The notes beneath the pieces were generated by a model that had not been told where the DNA came from, ran no database searches, and worked only from the letters and a program-made list of their open reading frames with translations. From Candidatus Omnitrophota bacterium (GTDB lineage: Bacteria > Omnitrophota > Omnitrophia > Omnitrophales > Aquincolibacteriaceae), in contig JAKLFP010000003.1 in assembly GCA_022711115.1 (NCBI GenBank), positions 73,199 through 137,198 on the forward strand: a DNA stretch of 64,000 nt. The letters are read 5' to 3'. How positions within the stretch are numbered: the first letter of the stretch is position 1; each line of letters begins with the position of its first letter. Shown here piece by piece: positions 40,701 through 48,635 of the stretch. The position numbers were made by a program, and so were the translations under genes.

Positions 40701-42055
40701 TCAACGCTATCAATCTTATAACGAAGTTCGTAAATCGATTGATTCGTGACAGTCACCGCTGGAAGAAACTCGATAATGGGCGGCGTGGTGTCTAAAACCT
40801 GTGTCCCATTATTATAAAATTCTTCTATAGAACCTTCTTCATAAAGAACCCGGTAACCGGTGACGAATTGTCCGTTCAGAATCGGGGTTATGGAATAATC
40901 CGCGTCCAGATCACTGACACGGTCTAATGCGTGAGCCAACCCGAGCGGTAAAAATGCACCGCGGCCATAAGAGGAAGAAGTTGTTTTGATGCTGTAATCG
41001 CCCGCCGTGGCATTGGTAAATTGCGGGTCCGTCACAAGATTGCCACCTCTTTCTTCGGCAACGGCGGGCGGTGTCGCGCTTCCGTAATAGGTGCCATGCT
41101 CCACATTATTGAAAAAGGTGTTGTTTTGAACCGTCGCGTATCCCCTGCTCGGTGTCCGGCCCCAACAAAATTCATAAATCGACTGAAAGGTGCTATTTGT
41201 AAAAATATTGTTCTCCACAACCGGCGTTCCGCCGTTCAGAATATTGACTGCGATATTGTTCGCTATAAACGTGTTGTAGCGGATGAGGGTTCCTGCTTTG
41301 GGAAGTTGAATGGCCAGATGATTGCCCTGAAAGAAATTTTCTTCGATGAGAAGATCGGTTCCAGACCAAACATAAATGCCATAATCCCGGTTATCAACAA
41401 AACGGTTATTCCGGATCTTCACGTGATCGGCTTGGATGCGGATAGCGCTTGCGGGATATCCGGCATAAGGACCGCCGCCGGTGATGGTTAGATTTTCGAT
41501 ACGGTTATTTCCTAAGACCGTGATGATATTTGTTTGAGGCTGATTATTTCCGCTGATAATGGTCCGCCGCGAATCTTCCCCTTTTAAATTTATACCGTTT
41601 TTTAAAGTCAAGTATTCACGATAGATTCCCCGATGCAGATACACCACGTCGCCGGCATTTGCATTGTTAATTTCATTTTGGATCGATTCCCCTTCATAGA
41701 CATAGTGAATGGTTGTCCCGTCAGAAGCGATCTCTTGCCTTAATTTTCCATCTGGCCCATAAGTTTTGCCCAAATCTGATGGCGGGATATTGCCCGTGGT
41801 ATTTCCCGCGGAAGACAGAGGCATGCTTTGAGCTGCTAGAAAATCAAACGCCGTTGAAGAGACCCGGCTTACGGGTAAATGAGCCGATGATGCAGAGGAT
41901 ACTTGGGTTTCGGCCTGAACCGGCCGTGACGCATATTGATCGTAAAGATTTGTTTGAGCCGCAAGGATCGTTTGATCCCAGACAAAAATAATGACCGTAA
42001 AAAAAGCCGTGACTTTCAACCAGCCGGAAAATCTTTTCTGGCGCATCATAACCAA
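28736..42055 (-). CDS. giant (4439 aa) secreted multidomain protein: signal peptide, right-handed beta-helix repeats, YD-type repeats, coiled coil, DUF4214-like segment, internal TM hairpin, (alpha/alpha)6-like domain, C-terminal putative toxin module
   Basis: Uninterrupted 13.3-kb ORF. N-terminus MVMMRQKRFSGWLKVTAFFTVIIFVW; PbH1-like NNRFVDNRDYGIYVWSGTDLLIEENFFQGNHLAIQL...; YD-like TTYSYLDE..., WYYDKNGNLKK, FYYDENLRGEI; LADIYRRLLGRDPSDAEVDTEIARFGAM; TM hairpin FFPLLIFWFTIASVALTVASVVV...IIGYAAMVAGIVAIAASVV. Confidence 0.85.
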   Translation of the reverse strand: MVMMRQKRFSGWLKVTAFFTVIIFVWDQTILAAQTNLYDQYASRPVQAETQVSSASSAHLPVSRVSSTAFDFLAAQSMPLSSAGNTTGNIPPSDLGKTYGPDGKLRQEIASDGTTIHYVYEGESIQNEINNANAGDVVYLHRGIYREYLTLKNGINLKGEDSRRTIISGNNQPQTNIITVLGNNRIENLTITGGGPYAGYPASAIRIQADHVKIRNNRFVDNRDYGIYVWSGTDLLIEENFFQGNHLAIQLPKAGTLIRYNTFIANNIAVNILNGGTPVVENNIFTNSTFQSIYEFCWGRTPSRGYATVQNNTFFNNVEHGTYYGSATPPAVAEERGGNLVTDPQFTNATAGDYSIKTTSSSYGRGAFLPLGLAHALDRVSDLDADYSITPILNGQFVTGYRVLYEEGSIEEFYNNGTQVLDTTPPIIEFLPAVTVTNQSIYELRYKIDSVERTETRMLTEGSNVLTVQSRDIFGNKAEAFFDVILDTHPPLTALRINNGDAETNNLTVRLDVNAQDAVSLKDIRFSTDNGLQWTDWTAFVPSKVMTLPAGEGFKTITCQVRDQAGNIAAASSTIRYVFPIQFLSDQRTTDPNYVLRYTIQGAEHQESWELQPGENRLMVETIVGNLPAFAAYAVTLDQPEIALPPMPAIPTLPQDLMTMTAANGLILKYANASLVAIENPNSYTLYLPQFDAAQNLVSGLLVFSNGNKLLYQNGKAVYGVNSQGERTVYHSNGRIAYVQTADNKKIKFNYELNDSGQVLSMLVAEEDGTTSRYSSNGKPLWVKKTDGTAILYQNGFLETYRDEAGNIFHYEIATLRQGTDVSGYRSVLSSVTWSATNEIIPISTIQRDPDYYPSIKDTLQDKLTVSIEYDISGVMKETVSGKGEVLRLQNGLPVSYASQSGALFHVQTQLAADHSLLSVSVSEEGESQIEQVYDATGQLSAVRLKGGTSFRVTAGTLADIRLDDGSLLMNLIWNGQNLTGFKRFYPDGSQEVYQNFQLIERTNASGNKTTYVNFLGAQRPDTITTNDGKVYRVIKFLNAEGLTSQLTELLRIDLPDGAWIEFNNGKPIRYGQYKTVQLDLTEVPVLPDGKFFVPKVTLQDAELRSLTVDQDGFIYSGEILFNDGMQYFIENNQVVKQITPSGQFVEFSSTLPEPVQTPAAILPEPLTPTETAYRNDLIETQLDYFLNGKGIHTPTGLPVDNYNGLNEQQADYSQATLIGFWAEILAAIATGEYQTSKISRIQAFEKLNALLAVYQEIQEQVGWNGMVAFFTIAPTIEPVLDGEGHPTGMTRLVYKYQRRFNEVGLGDNVNLSVSLASVIGALQGLTLDAGMAVYRDQILNRSNAILTAQEPGYAAFYDADAHLFYQAYRFQGDFVGHMDRVFDEFRPGLAWLVSRFPQYQDAFYNLSVTLRNYRSSDGAEWNIASPYDGGAFQMFWPLIHVDETKYPELEPALRNFLYAQAEFVQRNNIPGLLSAGDNPGQGYEGKIGLPDAAEADDIRYTNIGSIYGIASAFGLAPHYTLQFLKNLEAAFPQIRTSDGFIDAIKMQTVTKTDPGTGQSIQVQEPVFSTQYFGVDQASFILSLLKTSQTYFQNYLEEENLKTRFDSVYQSIKLNLSPPASGMLPTPPNFHQAMASLYTGSASLPDGASAGLVKVANFIPTLSDPEYGIGSVFNYLTAAGNFHHTEIEFNEGDALRRMSLQEYLLLPGRSALGRSLLESYQFSIYELSGNSQGDFYTPGAGFCRNMPVSDPQVGTVRHVIFDAKYRYAPVGLWNRYHALDLGPYDFLSIPVRVGEDTPEKIRLKFEFKGTGNIFVTEPLKHGWQYVHIPVSKPTDGMMYELATVIQSTDGSEVSGNIYLGPLSAFKVRTSDRLDWVSMLGTNAPALQQIILNKIASSSASGNLRTAIETLDHFTIDSDGKLISGTLNRADGGIQYFQDGKLVKWIFKNGRTVLFENGLASFVIDLARGKLETGRFYYDENLRGEIRSFHIQDNDRRRVFGPDGKLQKMIQDGNMVAYENGKISSITTSAGTFSDLEFADDGGLLRAILTLKDGTVMTIDQTQEQYVDYPNGGPRVIYQNGAIKSIVWDENNRLDVLSYERDLDGQITGTTVHFRYSEWVYGTTQVHEGTCSLAELLFGNWFSHYVSDVKPYFLSKSSNVLSLAEGMGGFQVGALKPGEFIWGAGNASEASCKFLYQDTTSQMGLYIMNRNHPVSLIDYNLLQISIHPGLDVTWEQPFVVKIKNGNTLFTYETSGGRFLWIPLPVLSAEETEITVEPVPTEEGIGKQGSFTVTDLEFISLKRMSGPHSFWETQSGMTAQEISTLKIESDHLTAVGAEIASNTPPDYAVLAEWFDAPALLYQTGDGQHPGDITYFQRFDGSRVDLDGENVSRVTLPDGTVHEYLPAENSSQTTVQGSSSANSAVGNLDYRYGALRKITQSDGKIYEFSYEFDGQGNEITVIKDDLTGDLRKFQGGKLLQSISAAGITTTYSYLDEALIGAELFYKNRVLQSTSYKFSDDETQVTDHDGTTWYYDKNGNLKKHLTRDGYLYAYLDYSVVPQNPLAVAHDYKWTHVFNAADLRAVTWVGYESRDGFRIKKGDDGLMEIDTPSGDKAVNVVLDDDRKIKSGQIQFDNGLILEIENYLPVRGRLADGAFFSANFPANDFQITILQDQTGSYTGSMFQSEGTYYSYDAYGYLLKIDSPNGESWQFTYQADTSGNLTGYNLLHHKQIDFNGVPFPKALTLEAGNTIVMRDPDAIIGKREGSPGFLISTYDESLNQWKVLSGQFASTGDRILLKNFLINLKPGQYVAMAVKDPYFSSAGNEILSLLEGIGAGNVRNASAANQTWYLFGNEYLKKGEGCEQTGGSSFSSATESAVYTSLSGITDPVFHGMHLILSVPEGAADAYSAFLKAYEPNKPGGDLEKITVYDSQNQIVYSENLSGVRTFYDRGKPRETFASDGELLYVHEYGCPDSGCANPNDLYLVKVTLVKARADFEAEAAKSRQQIAQVKFDALRQLAEQEEVAQANIKQEVASALAALDAYIHQLESQRFQNVKVCKSVFLGFGRKCHEERYEVPGVVAMINATRNQKAQLLEQIQPEQIATIPLLIAQKKSEIENATAQKITDLAAQEQAVFHDILEREVAPVLADIYRRLLGRDPSDAEVDTEIARFGAMEAIDLSRTINEIRNSPEFLNRTNEKAAMISQVQTFLSQYLAAANDPTARATLVQSLRLDPSEAVDLNQEDVTAILQWLGSRDLHFGQSAFLSLKEMLSSRGIHVPMTTLGRESVLVDILTGTINRFAEGDLLISVFAMERAAKIHGADITGVRYSLADLRSLYASACPALQIDENAACGLRVIVHIGKEHFAVITGVTPTAVSYFETNQGADGTLVHVTLPQFSKSWDAGDGTGHLVVFKDQSITTKRLDDKTAMRVRGSFFPLLIFWFTIASVALTVASVVVSFISPTFGKIIGYAAMVAGIVAIAASVVNFAVQGFSMALSSIQHAGLLQSIQNGFTSLGNTIWEGVSHAGQFLKQGFTFFTDMVTGNFGALGAGITNIGNYVVDGIKIMFDPAGALVPQTLTLGQTIGRTMIAAAINMPVSKGLEGLGIESTMARLAGAFVSGGVIGLGGGMSEFLRSGMQMYLLQGVSEMGLKLDLPPPITSAISLGVTASLAGLFDPAFNLRTELPGIFPRFTQQLTLGGLELVGRSLGLDPRITALIGYPIAASIGHIVNSALSPGTFSILDSLKEALLSRETLGGFVSMGAYWLADVLDVNPLLISLGLRGIVGGIEGLTNQTSSGNAITRFFGGIAGALQESIKNVLTLGGEGATEYQKSLYLMQLVSLASKIRDGGDIFDVFEMYAVQILGRDTVESIYATGQNIEDYFRARQAAQDFTVRQLEDGTIVHEYTVGNNKFVLNEDETQILARQFGSHTESGQYRMDEQGRYVMVNGEMTFTNGTESMTLTVRDAQVVNVDMIDAQGNAVSFFGTETQPLVLVDNPNGSFTIQSGVARNWDTGDTAYYSAGQVSAVQQTLFIDYQTDLGDTAAGSIQFVEHFDGVNISGGYEIHMDPGFQQHLLDGDPVAMRNVAETLIDNQRITDLPDTHRSLLEDLNITRHEIANQADAVVDRIFDYIKPETDSLLEDILLFPQTASVELLRSVVKGFIDAIRIGDRLDNMWDDATGAWRDINDGNLSDAGKKILSLGLNTATELFRALDIVLIGGVVKTVVGAGVTAVKTGIADLVGKLLRRQGDVAADSLLTRLFRNNGLKGEFLSEANNIDDVAEAYSRRYIGVDDVTDINITRQGQEVNADYLVRRPGHEIPWDPFEAVTEKGVRDSFNVVDGDPLVRVFVPSSSNPTGKGYWITRRSVIEGKSPAEIKQILSLPQEPTHVADVVFGSTDTVFIRDGIAGSNAYGVGGGHQYEIISELKDDWFKRLREIGDIFND

Positions 42056-42435
42056 ATTTGCTTGGTGAATTGATCAAAACAAACGGTGCTTTGCTTTCCG
42101 CATGAAATGCGTGGCGAATAAAATCGGACACGCTCAGTCGCGCGATAATCTGGGTTTGTTTTCACGGTCCTCTGCTTCATGTCCGCCCTCCTTTTATTTT
42201 CCAGCATCCACGTCATAAAAATAAATCATGAAAAATTAAAAGGGAATGGATATGAAGCGGATGTTTTTTATAAAAATACCCATAGTTGATTAATATCTAT
42301 TATGGATAGTTATTTGGCGCGAAGCTCAAAAAGCTGTTGGGGCTTGAAATTGAATGCTAGGAAATGCTAGCGTTGTTTTCTATTTCTAAAATTTATAGGT
42401 GTATATTGCTGGACCGCTAACCCATGGAGTTGATC

Positions 42436-42693
42436 TTAAGTGATACTAGCAAACAGCCTTGCAGGGGCCTTCTTATGTTCGAGGTGGAAGATAATCTCGT
42501 CAATATATTGCTGGATATGCGGCGGCGGTTGATCATCAAAAAGAAGGAAAAGATTTAAAAGAAAGCGGCGGACTTCGGTTGCAAGCTTTTTGTCTTTGAT
42601 TTTTGATAGCCGAGACTCCAATTCATCAGACGACATTTCTTTAAAACTCCTATTTTCTAGTAGAAATTTAACACCTTTATTATCTATTTTCAA
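42436..42693 (-). CDS. hypothetical small protein (AT-rich region upstream of giant gene)
   Basis: 85 aa ORF only, no motif. Confidence 0.25.
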   Translation of the reverse strand: MKIDNKGVKFLLENRSFKEMSSDELESRLSKIKDKKLATEVRRFLLNLFLLFDDQPPPHIQQYIDEIIFHLEHKKAPARLFASIT

Positions 42694-42887
42694 GTCAATT
42701 TTATATTACAACTAGCAATAAATAACATAAAATAACATTGTAGAGTATAATTTTTTTATGCGAAAAATTAGCACTGAAGAAAAACCATTTAGGGTTCGAT
42801 AAAAGAGCAGAAGTGCTTGTTATATATGAACTTAATCATGATATTTCATTATCTCAGTTCATACAAACTAAAAGGGAGCAATCACAC

Positions 42888-44276
42888 ATGACAAAGAAAC
42901 TTCTCTGCTTCGGACTTTTAGCTACTTTTATTTTCATGGTTCCAGCATCTGCTTTTGCGGTCGGAGGCGGTGGTTTTGAAAATGCCTCGTTCAGCGCGAA
43001 ACAGCTGTCTTTGGGCGGCGCAGCAACAGCCTCACCCGATGAGCCCGCAGCCATTTCCTATAACCCGGCAGGTATCGCAGATCTTCCCGGAGTGCAGTTC
43101 CAGGGCGATGCGAATTTTATCGGAATCTGGACATTCAAAAATAACGATGCAACGGGAAGCACTCGCAGTTCAGGTACGTTAAGCATGGTTCCTACCGCTT
43201 ACTTTACAGTCAACCCGGGCAAGATCTTCTGCGATCGCCTCGCACTCGGGGTCGGCATGGATTCCCCTTTTGGATTAATGAACAAATACAACTCCAGCGA
43301 TCCTGCCGCCCATTATACAGGTTGGAGAAATTATCTTAAAATGTACACCATCAAACCGACCATCGCCTATAAGATCACGGACAAGATCTCGCTCGGCGGC
43401 GGCCCGATGTGGTACCGGATCTATGATTTCGGCGGGATCCAAGGTTATCCGAATTCGCTCATCGGAGGCGCGGGAACTCCGGACGGTCAAATCCGGTTGA
43501 ATACCTCCGGCAATCGTTGGGGATGGCAAATGGGTACCTTGGTCAAATTGACCCCAAAGCACCGTCTTGGGTATTATTTTCGAAGCCCTGTGGTCGTCAA
43601 AACAAGCGGTTTGGCAAAAGTTGAGAATTCCGCTTATTACGGCGGGAATAATCATTATGAGACCGGTGTCCATACCAAAGTCGCTTTACCGATGAACATG
43701 ACGTGGGCCTATGCCTTTCAACCCACTCCGAAAACCCATTATGAGGCAGACTTCACGTGGTCCCACTGGAAAACACATAAACGCATCTATTTTGTGACCG
43801 ATCCTACCAAAAGCGCTCTCGACAACGCGATTCTGGAAAATATCCGCATGGCAGACAAAGATTGGAGAGACAGCTACGGGATTCAACTCGGCGCAAGCCA
43901 CAAGCTCACTAAAAAACTGACGCTGCGCGGTGGATCATTTTTCTACTGGACGCCGGTCCCGAAAGACCATTACATCCCGGCTGTTCCCGATGCCAATCAT
44001 TTGGCAATCAGTCTTGGCCTCGGTTATGACATCACCAAGAATTTGACCGCGGACGCTGCCTATTACAACGCGTTCTATTTCACGCGTAACATCAATAACA
44101 GCATTGGAGAAAATGCGGCCCTCGTGAATTCTTCCGTTGACGGACATTATTACTCCTACATGCAGTCCTTCACCTTCAGCCTGACACTGCACTGGGATGA
44201 CCTGTTTCCGCGGGCTTATGGAAACAGTAAAAGCGAGACACCGGCCACGATCGATATAAAGCCGGCTGCCGTTTAA
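42888..44276 (+). CDS. outer-membrane transport protein, FadL/OmpP1/TodX family
   Basis: Start MTKKLLCF (RBS AAGGGAG); signal peptide; conserved ISYNPAGIA (NPAG motif) near N-terminus; beta-barrel-like alternating pattern; C-terminal aromatic. Confidence 0.7.
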   Translation: MTKKLLCFGLLATFIFMVPASAFAVGGGGFENASFSAKQLSLGGAATASPDEPAAISYNPAGIADLPGVQFQGDANFIGIWTFKNNDATGSTRSSGTLSMVPTAYFTVNPGKIFCDRLALGVGMDSPFGLMNKYNSSDPAAHYTGWRNYLKMYTIKPTIAYKITDKISLGGGPMWYRIYDFGGIQGYPNSLIGGAGTPDGQIRLNTSGNRWGWQMGTLVKLTPKHRLGYYFRSPVVVKTSGLAKVENSAYYGGNNHYETGVHTKVALPMNMTWAYAFQPTPKTHYEADFTWSHWKTHKRIYFVTDPTKSALDNAILENIRMADKDWRDSYGIQLGASHKLTKKLTLRGGSFFYWTPVPKDHYIPAVPDANHLAISLGLGYDITKNLTADAAYYNAFYFTRNINNSIGENAALVNSSVDGHYYSYMQSFTFSLTLHWDDLFPRAYGNSKSETPATIDIKPAAV

Positions 44277-44285
44277 TCGAATCTA

Positions 44286-44327
44286 AAAATAAAAAAGCCA
44301 CAGGCGTGAAAACCTGTAGCTTTTTTT
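44286..44327. terminator. bidirectional rho-independent terminator between convergent OMP and gpsA genes
   Basis: aaaaaagccacaggcgtgaaaacctgtagcttttttt: a stem flanked by A- and T-runs. Confidence 0.6.
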
Positions 44328-44345
44328 ATGACCCAAAACAACGGC

Positions 44346-45398
44346 TTATTTCTTTGTCGCTAATTTCGCCTGATAGGAAATAAGATCAAAAGCCTTCCAC
44401 TCTTCGTAGGGCGTCCTGGAAAGAAGCGTACTCACAGCCTCTTCCGGGCTCTTGTCCTTAAAAAGCATGCGGTAGACCTCCCGCAAGATCGGAAGTTCCA
44501 GATCAATGCGATCGGCAAGCTGCTGGACACTGAGCGAGGTGTCCACGCCTTCCGCAACCATATTCATTTCGTTGATGATATCCTTGATCTTGCGTCCTTG
44601 GCCAAGTTCCCGGCCGACGTGAAGATTCCGACCGTGTTTTGAAAAACAGGTGGTGATGAGATCCCCGACACCCGAAAGCCCGAAGAAGGTGTTCGGATTG
44701 GCGCCGAGCTTCACGCCTAACCGGACCATTTCATACAGCCCCCGCGTGATCAAACCCGACTTCGTATTGTCCCCGAACTTGAGTCCGTCGCAAACACCGG
44801 CTGCAATCGCGATCACATTTTTCACAGCCCCGCCAATCTCGACGCCGACGACATCCTTTTGGATGTAAACACGGAAATACGGGTCCCGGAAATGGTCCTG
44901 GATATATTGCGCTGTCGCCATATTCTCGGAAGCCGCCACCACTAGTGTGGGGATCTTACGGGCCACCTCTTCGGCATGCGAAGGACCGGAAAGCGCCACC
45001 ACCGAAACATCATGGCCAAGCACGGATCGAATAATCTCCGAGGGACGAAGACATGTTTTTTTCTCGATGCCTTTTGCGACACTGACAAGAATTTTCTTTT
45101 TATAAGGAAATTCCCGGATCTTAAAGAGAATATTGCGGAGGTATTGCGAAGGGATCGCGAGCACAAGAACATCCGCGAAATCGACGGCCTTCTCAAGGTC
45201 TGAGGTGATCTCCAGTTCTTTGGGGAGCTTTAACCCCGGAAGGAATTTGAGATTCTCGCGTTCTTTTTGAAGGATCTTGGCGTAATCCGCAAAAGCGGAC
45301 CACAGAAGCACGTCATTGCCGCAGCGAAGATTCACAAGTGCAAGCGCCGTTCCCCACCCGCCGTCGCCCAAGACTGCTACTCTGATTTTTTTTGACAT
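44346..45398 (-). CDS. gpsA: NAD(P)H-dependent glycerol-3-phosphate dehydrogenase
   Basis: KIRVAVLGDGGWGTALAL Rossmann motif, full-length similarity to the GpsA pattern (..SKGIE.., GAVKNVIAIAAG). Confidence 0.9.
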   Translation of the reverse strand: MSKKIRVAVLGDGGWGTALALVNLRCGNDVLLWSAFADYAKILQKERENLKFLPGLKLPKELEITSDLEKAVDFADVLVLAIPSQYLRNILFKIREFPYKKKILVSVAKGIEKKTCLRPSEIIRSVLGHDVSVVALSGPSHAEEVARKIPTLVVAASENMATAQYIQDHFRDPYFRVYIQKDVVGVEIGGAVKNVIAIAAGVCDGLKFGDNTKSGLITRGLYEMVRLGVKLGANPNTFFGLSGVGDLITTCFSKHGRNLHVGRELGQGRKIKDIINEMNMVAEGVDTSLSVQQLADRIDLELPILREVYRMLFKDKSPEEAVSTLLSRTPYEEWKAFDLISYQAKLATKK

Positions 45399-45425
45399 GC
45401 ATCCTCGATCATTGAAATGTTTTAT

Positions 45426-45905
45426 TCATTTAACAGGCGTTTCAGCAAAGGGTCCATTCCCCTTGCACCGGCATCTTTTCTTGAGAAGCGAAAAAACAGT
45501 GACAACCTTTTTGATTTCTTCAGGCACGCGGCAAGGTTTCATTCCTTTATTCACAAAGACATGGACGGAATATCCCGTCGCGATCGCTTGCTGCGTGTTG
45601 GCGTTCATGACCTGATATTCGAAACGCAAGGTGCTGTTCCCCATCTCGGCAACGCTTGTCCGCACGATGATATCATCATCATAGGTAGAAGGTGCCAAAT
45701 AATTCGCATGGGCTTCCGCCACCGGAAGATAAATCCCCTTTTTCTCGCATTCCGTGTAGGGGAAACCGAGTACCCTGAAATATTCCGTGCGCGCGGCTTC
45801 AAACCAACGGAAATAATTCGCATAATAAGTAATGCCCATTTGATCTGTATCCGCATACAAAACCCGGTAGCGATAATCAAAATAATGCATCGGACCCTTC
45901 ATCAA
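45426..45905 (-). CDS. acyl-CoA thioesterase, YbgC/4HBT family
   Basis: [22 protein letters not shown] hotdog-fold signature. Confidence 0.7.
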   Translation of the reverse strand: MMKGPMHYFDYRYRVLYADTDQMGITYYANYFRWFEAARTEYFRVLGFPYTECEKKGIYLPVAEAHANYLAPSTYDDDIIVRTSVAEMGNSTLRFEYQVMNANTQQAIATGYSVHVFVNKGMKPCRVPEEIKKVVTVFSLLKKRCRCKGNGPFAETPVK

Positions 45906-47002
45906 AATAATCCTTTTTTTGCTTGGATTTTTTCTTTGCGTTCGGCGGCCAACTGCTCAAGCAACTCCTGCTCATGCTTGCTCAATTTCGCCGGCACTTC
46001 AATGTCGACTTTCACATATTGGTCCCCGCGCCGCTCTGACATCCCGTACAGAGGAACGCCTTGCTCTTTGATCTTGAGAATTTTTCCTGACGGCGTCCCT
46101 TTGGGAACTTTAAGTTCCTCCGTACCGGTCAGCGTCGGAACCTCGACCTCGCCGCCAAGCACTGCCACAGTGTAGGGAATAAGCATTTCACAAAAGATGT
46201 CTTGGCCGCGACGTTCAAAAACCTTGTGTTTCTTGATAAGCACTTGAATAAACAAATCACCCCGGGAACCGCCTTGCTGACCGGCTTCACCTTCGCCGGT
46301 CATCCGAAGCCTTGACCCGTGCTCGATTCCTGCCGGGATCTTGGCCTGGAGTTTGCGAACCTTCTGGGCACGGCCTTCGCCGTGGCATGCATGACAAGAC
46401 TTCTCGATCGACTCGCCTTCGCCATGACACCGCCGACATGTCTGTCGAAGCGTAAAAAAACCCTGGCTCACCCGGACTTCCCCACGGCCGTCGCAATCCT
46501 GGCAAACCTTCTTTTTTGAACCTTTTTCTGCGCCGCTCCCCTGACATTCCGCACAGGTTTCGAGACGGGGGATCTCAAGGTCAATCGTTTTTCCAGTCAA
46601 GACTTCCGCCAGTTCAATCTCTACCCTGTATTCTATATCCGAACCGCGCCGATCTCGGCCGCGTCCCCTTCCTCCTCCTCCGCCGCCGAAAATATCTCCG
46701 AAAATGTCCCCGAAAATATCGCTGAAACCGCCAAACGCATCCTGAAATCCCTCGAAACCCGAAAAACCCGCCCCCCCCATGTTGTGTCCGAACTGATCGT
46801 AACGGGCCCGTTTGTCCGCATCGCTCAGGACCGCGTAGGCTTCCGCGGCTTCCTTGAATTTTTCCTCGGCTTGTTTATTGCCCGGATTCCGGTCGGGATG
46901 ATATTGCAACGCAAGTTTGCGATAAGCTTTCTTGAGTTCCTCCGCGCTTGTACTTCGACTCACGCCTAATACTTCATAGTAATCGCGTTTTGTTGGCATC
47001 AT
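45902..47002 (-). CDS. dnaJ: molecular chaperone DnaJ
   Basis: J-domain DYYEVLGV...HPD, G/F-rich region, four CxxCxGxG zinc-finger repeats, C-terminal domain. Start at MMPTKRDYY. Confidence 0.9.
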   Translation of the reverse strand: MMPTKRDYYEVLGVSRSTSAEELKKAYRKLALQYHPDRNPGNKQAEEKFKEAAEAYAVLSDADKRARYDQFGHNMGGAGFSGFEGFQDAFGGFSDIFGDIFGDIFGGGGGGRGRGRDRRGSDIEYRVEIELAEVLTGKTIDLEIPRLETCAECQGSGAEKGSKKKVCQDCDGRGEVRVSQGFFTLRQTCRRCHGEGESIEKSCHACHGEGRAQKVRKLQAKIPAGIEHGSRLRMTGEGEAGQQGGSRGDLFIQVLIKKHKVFERRGQDIFCEMLIPYTVAVLGGEVEVPTLTGTEELKVPKGTPSGKILKIKEQGVPLYGMSERRGDQYVKVDIEVPAKLSKHEQELLEQLAAERKEKIQAKKGLF

Positions 47003-47080
47003 TAAAGACCGTTCGACGCACAACGTTCAATGCACACCGAGAGACTTGACGCTGTGCTTTTTGCGTTGCGCTGTTCTGGG

Positions 47081-47806
47081 TTAAGTGATCTCATCCTTTT
47101 TTGTTTCGGAGGGATCTGCTTGTTTGGGAGATAAACGAACTCGGACTCTCGCCGCCCTGAGCAATCGCTCATGAAGCATGTAGCCGGATTCCAACTCATC
47201 CACAATGTGATCCTCTTTACCCTCTTCCGCTACATGGGCAACCGCTTCATGCATATGAGGATCAAATTTCTGGCCGATCGTTTCAAGACGTTTTAGGCCG
47301 TTTCTTTTAAGAATATCAAACAACTGTTTTTGGACCATCTGCACTCCCGAAAGAAGGGTCTTGAAATTCTGCTGCAAAGCTTCTTCGCCATTCGCGGTGA
47401 CAGAAACTGCGTTCACATGCCCGATCGCCCGGTCAAAATTGTCCAAAACAGGCAGCAGTTCTCTCATGATGCGTTCCTGGCTGAATTTAATGAATTCTTC
47501 TTTGTCACGAGCATTACGCTTTTTCGCATTTTCAAAATCTGCCGCAGCATGCAGAAACTTCTCGCGGAGCCCTTCGAGCTCCTGGACTTTTTTCTTTAGG
47601 TCCTCGTATTCCTGCTTGGAGATCTCGACCTTATCGCCTTTGGAATGCTTATTCTTTTCCTCGTGAAGCGCATGGTTCTGTTGGCCCGCTTGCGGCATTC
47701 CTTTACCCTCACCGCTATCCCAAGGCTGTCCTTCCGGGCGGGGTGTATCATTGGGATGTACCTCTTCAGGTGCGGCGTGATTCTTTTTTTTATGTTCGCT
47801 GTTCAT
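47081..47806 (-). CDS. grpE: nucleotide exchange factor GrpE
   Basis: KFLHAAADFENAKKRNARD...VLDNFDRA...G.V.LK.G GrpE core. Confidence 0.85.
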   Translation of the reverse strand: MNSEHKKKNHAAPEEVHPNDTPRPEGQPWDSGEGKGMPQAGQQNHALHEEKNKHSKGDKVEISKQEYEDLKKKVQELEGLREKFLHAAADFENAKKRNARDKEEFIKFSQERIMRELLPVLDNFDRAIGHVNAVSVTANGEEALQQNFKTLLSGVQMVQKQLFDILKRNGLKRLETIGQKFDPHMHEAVAHVAEEGKEDHIVDELESGYMLHERLLRAARVRVRLSPKQADPSETKKDEIT

Positions 47807-48588
47807 AAATCTTTGTTTTCCATCCTTTCAAGAATATTTCCGACTAAAACCGCCATGCTTGAAACCAACGGAATGACTTGCCGGTAAGGCATCCGTTTGG
47901 GTCCCAAAATGGCAATCGCCCCTTTGCGATGCCTTCCCGCCGAGTAACGGACCATAACAATCGCACAATCCTCCAAGGCTTCATTTTCATGTTCGCTTCC
48001 CACCGATACAGATACCTGCTCTTCATTGGCATGTTCCAAAAGCCATTTCGCGAGGGTCACTTTTTCTTCAAAAGCACGCAACAAGGACTTGATCTTATGG
48101 ACGTCCTGAAATTCCGGTTTTTCGAGAAGATGGGTCAACCCCTGCAAAGAAAGCTTGAGACGTTCGATCTTTGCCAATATCTTCGAGTCCTCAAAAGGCA
48201 TCAGAGTCAATCCGATCTCTTGCGACAAGGACGAAAGGACCAAGGATACACGATCTATAAAATCTTCCGCTTGTTCCTCATCATGCGCCGGAACAAGGGC
48301 CTGGGCAACTCGGGCTAAAGGATCCGATTTGAGGGATTCATCAAAGCAGGTGTGATCAAGATAATAACGATAGCCATGATCCGTCGGAATACGCCCTGAA
48401 GAAATGTGCGGGTGCGTCAAATAGCCGATCTCTTCCAGAATACCCATTTCATTGCGGATCGTCGCCGGGGAAAAAGAGAAGGCGCATTTTTCACCGACAT
48501 ACCGGGACCCCACCGGCAAACTGGTCTCGATATGGGTTTCGATAACACCCCTCAGAATTGTATTTTGTCTTTCGGATAGTTGTTCCAT
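47803..48588 (-). CDS. hrcA: heat-inducible transcription repressor HrcA
   Basis: Start MEQLSERQNTILRGVIETHIET (winged-helix N-terminus of HrcA); 4-nt overlap with grpE. The 28-codon track extension is dropped. Confidence 0.8.
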   Translation of the reverse strand: MEQLSERQNTILRGVIETHIETSLPVGSRYVGEKCAFSFSPATIRNEMGILEEIGYLTHPHISSGRIPTDHGYRYYLDHTCFDESLKSDPLARVAQALVPAHDEEQAEDFIDRVSLVLSSLSQEIGLTLMPFEDSKILAKIERLKLSLQGLTHLLEKPEFQDVHKIKSLLRAFEEKVTLAKWLLEHANEEQVSVSVGSEHENEALEDCAIVMVRYSAGRHRKGAIAILGPKRMPYRQVIPLVSSMAVLVGNILERMENKDL

Positions 48589-48635
48589 GAGGCGGGTATC
48601 ATAGCAAAAAAAAATGGTTGTGAAAAGCCAAGCGT

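Noticed and set aside
29238-41491. Numerous 60-250-aa plus-strand ORFs inside the giant gene (e.g. 37364-38119, 36575-37210)
   Set aside because: All lie antisense within one uninterrupted 13.3-kb minus-strand reading frame with recognisable domains, so they are shadow ORFs.
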